Below are positions 63,958 to 64,000 of a stretch of 64,000 nt of DNA, in pieces. The stretch's first letter is position 1. Each line of letters starts with the position of its first letter. The notes below the pieces were generated by a model that was not told the DNA's origin, searched no databases, and was given only the letters and a program-made list of their open reading frames with translations. Source of the DNA: a virus (Duplodnaviria; Heunggongvirae; Uroviricota; Caudoviricetes); the IMG/VR virus record IMGVR_UViG_2595698394_000001, positions 81,866 through 145,865 of that record; one strand, 5' to 3'. The translations under genes were made by a program, and so were the position numbers.

Positions 63958-63994
63958 ATTATTAAGTTAGTTGGGATTTTTTGTTTTACATTTG
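63958..63994 (+). terminator. Rho-independent terminator
   Basis: aatcccaa-ttattaagttag-ttgggatt + TTTTTGTTTT. Confidence 0.6.
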
Positions 63995-64000
63995 TAAGGT

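Noticed and set aside
1-64000. CRISPR arrays, integrase or transposase genes, rRNA
   Set aside because: There are no spaced direct-repeat arrays, and no tyrosine or serine recombinase or transposase motifs were recognised. The only tandem repeat is the in-frame 21-nt repeat.

Overview
AT-rich, densely packed, mostly single-orientation gene array that looks like part of a large virulent phage (or phage-like element) of a Bacteroidetes host. Several intergenic regions carry the Bacteroidetes sigma-A promoter pattern TTTG-N20-TAnnTTTG, there are no Shine-Dalgarno sequences, and many genes overlap by 1-4 nt. A leftward module at 1..4661 (minus strand) encodes a probable terminase large subunit plus small proteins. 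From 4829 onward everything is on the plus strand. A ~3.9 kb tRNA array at 5331..9061 contains about 24 tRNAs, several with odd features, and a second tRNA locus at 61334..61481 contains a tRNA nested inside a split tRNA-like gene. Recognisable proteins include an SF2 helicase, a RecA/UvsX-like recombinase, a GIY-YIG endonuclease directly upstream of thymidylate synthase, and an SSB-like protein with a 5x21-nt repeat linker and a DDDLPF tip. There are also a GroES-like co-chaperonin, two J-domain proteins, DEDDh and DEDDy exonucleases, a 706-aa protein with a C-terminal N6-adenine methyltransferase, a membrane cluster (two small 2-TM proteins, an SPFH lipoprotein, an OmpA-like protein), RNR NrdB+NrdA, and a RecA-fold/DnaB-like ATPase with an acidic ...DDKPF tail. 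Several ORF-free islands, richer in GC than their surroundings (26.4 kb, 47.7-48.1 kb, 9.4-10.4 kb, 61.2 kb), and duplicated promoter/leader repeats are not explained by coding features. All calls rest on reading motifs by eye; no searches were run.
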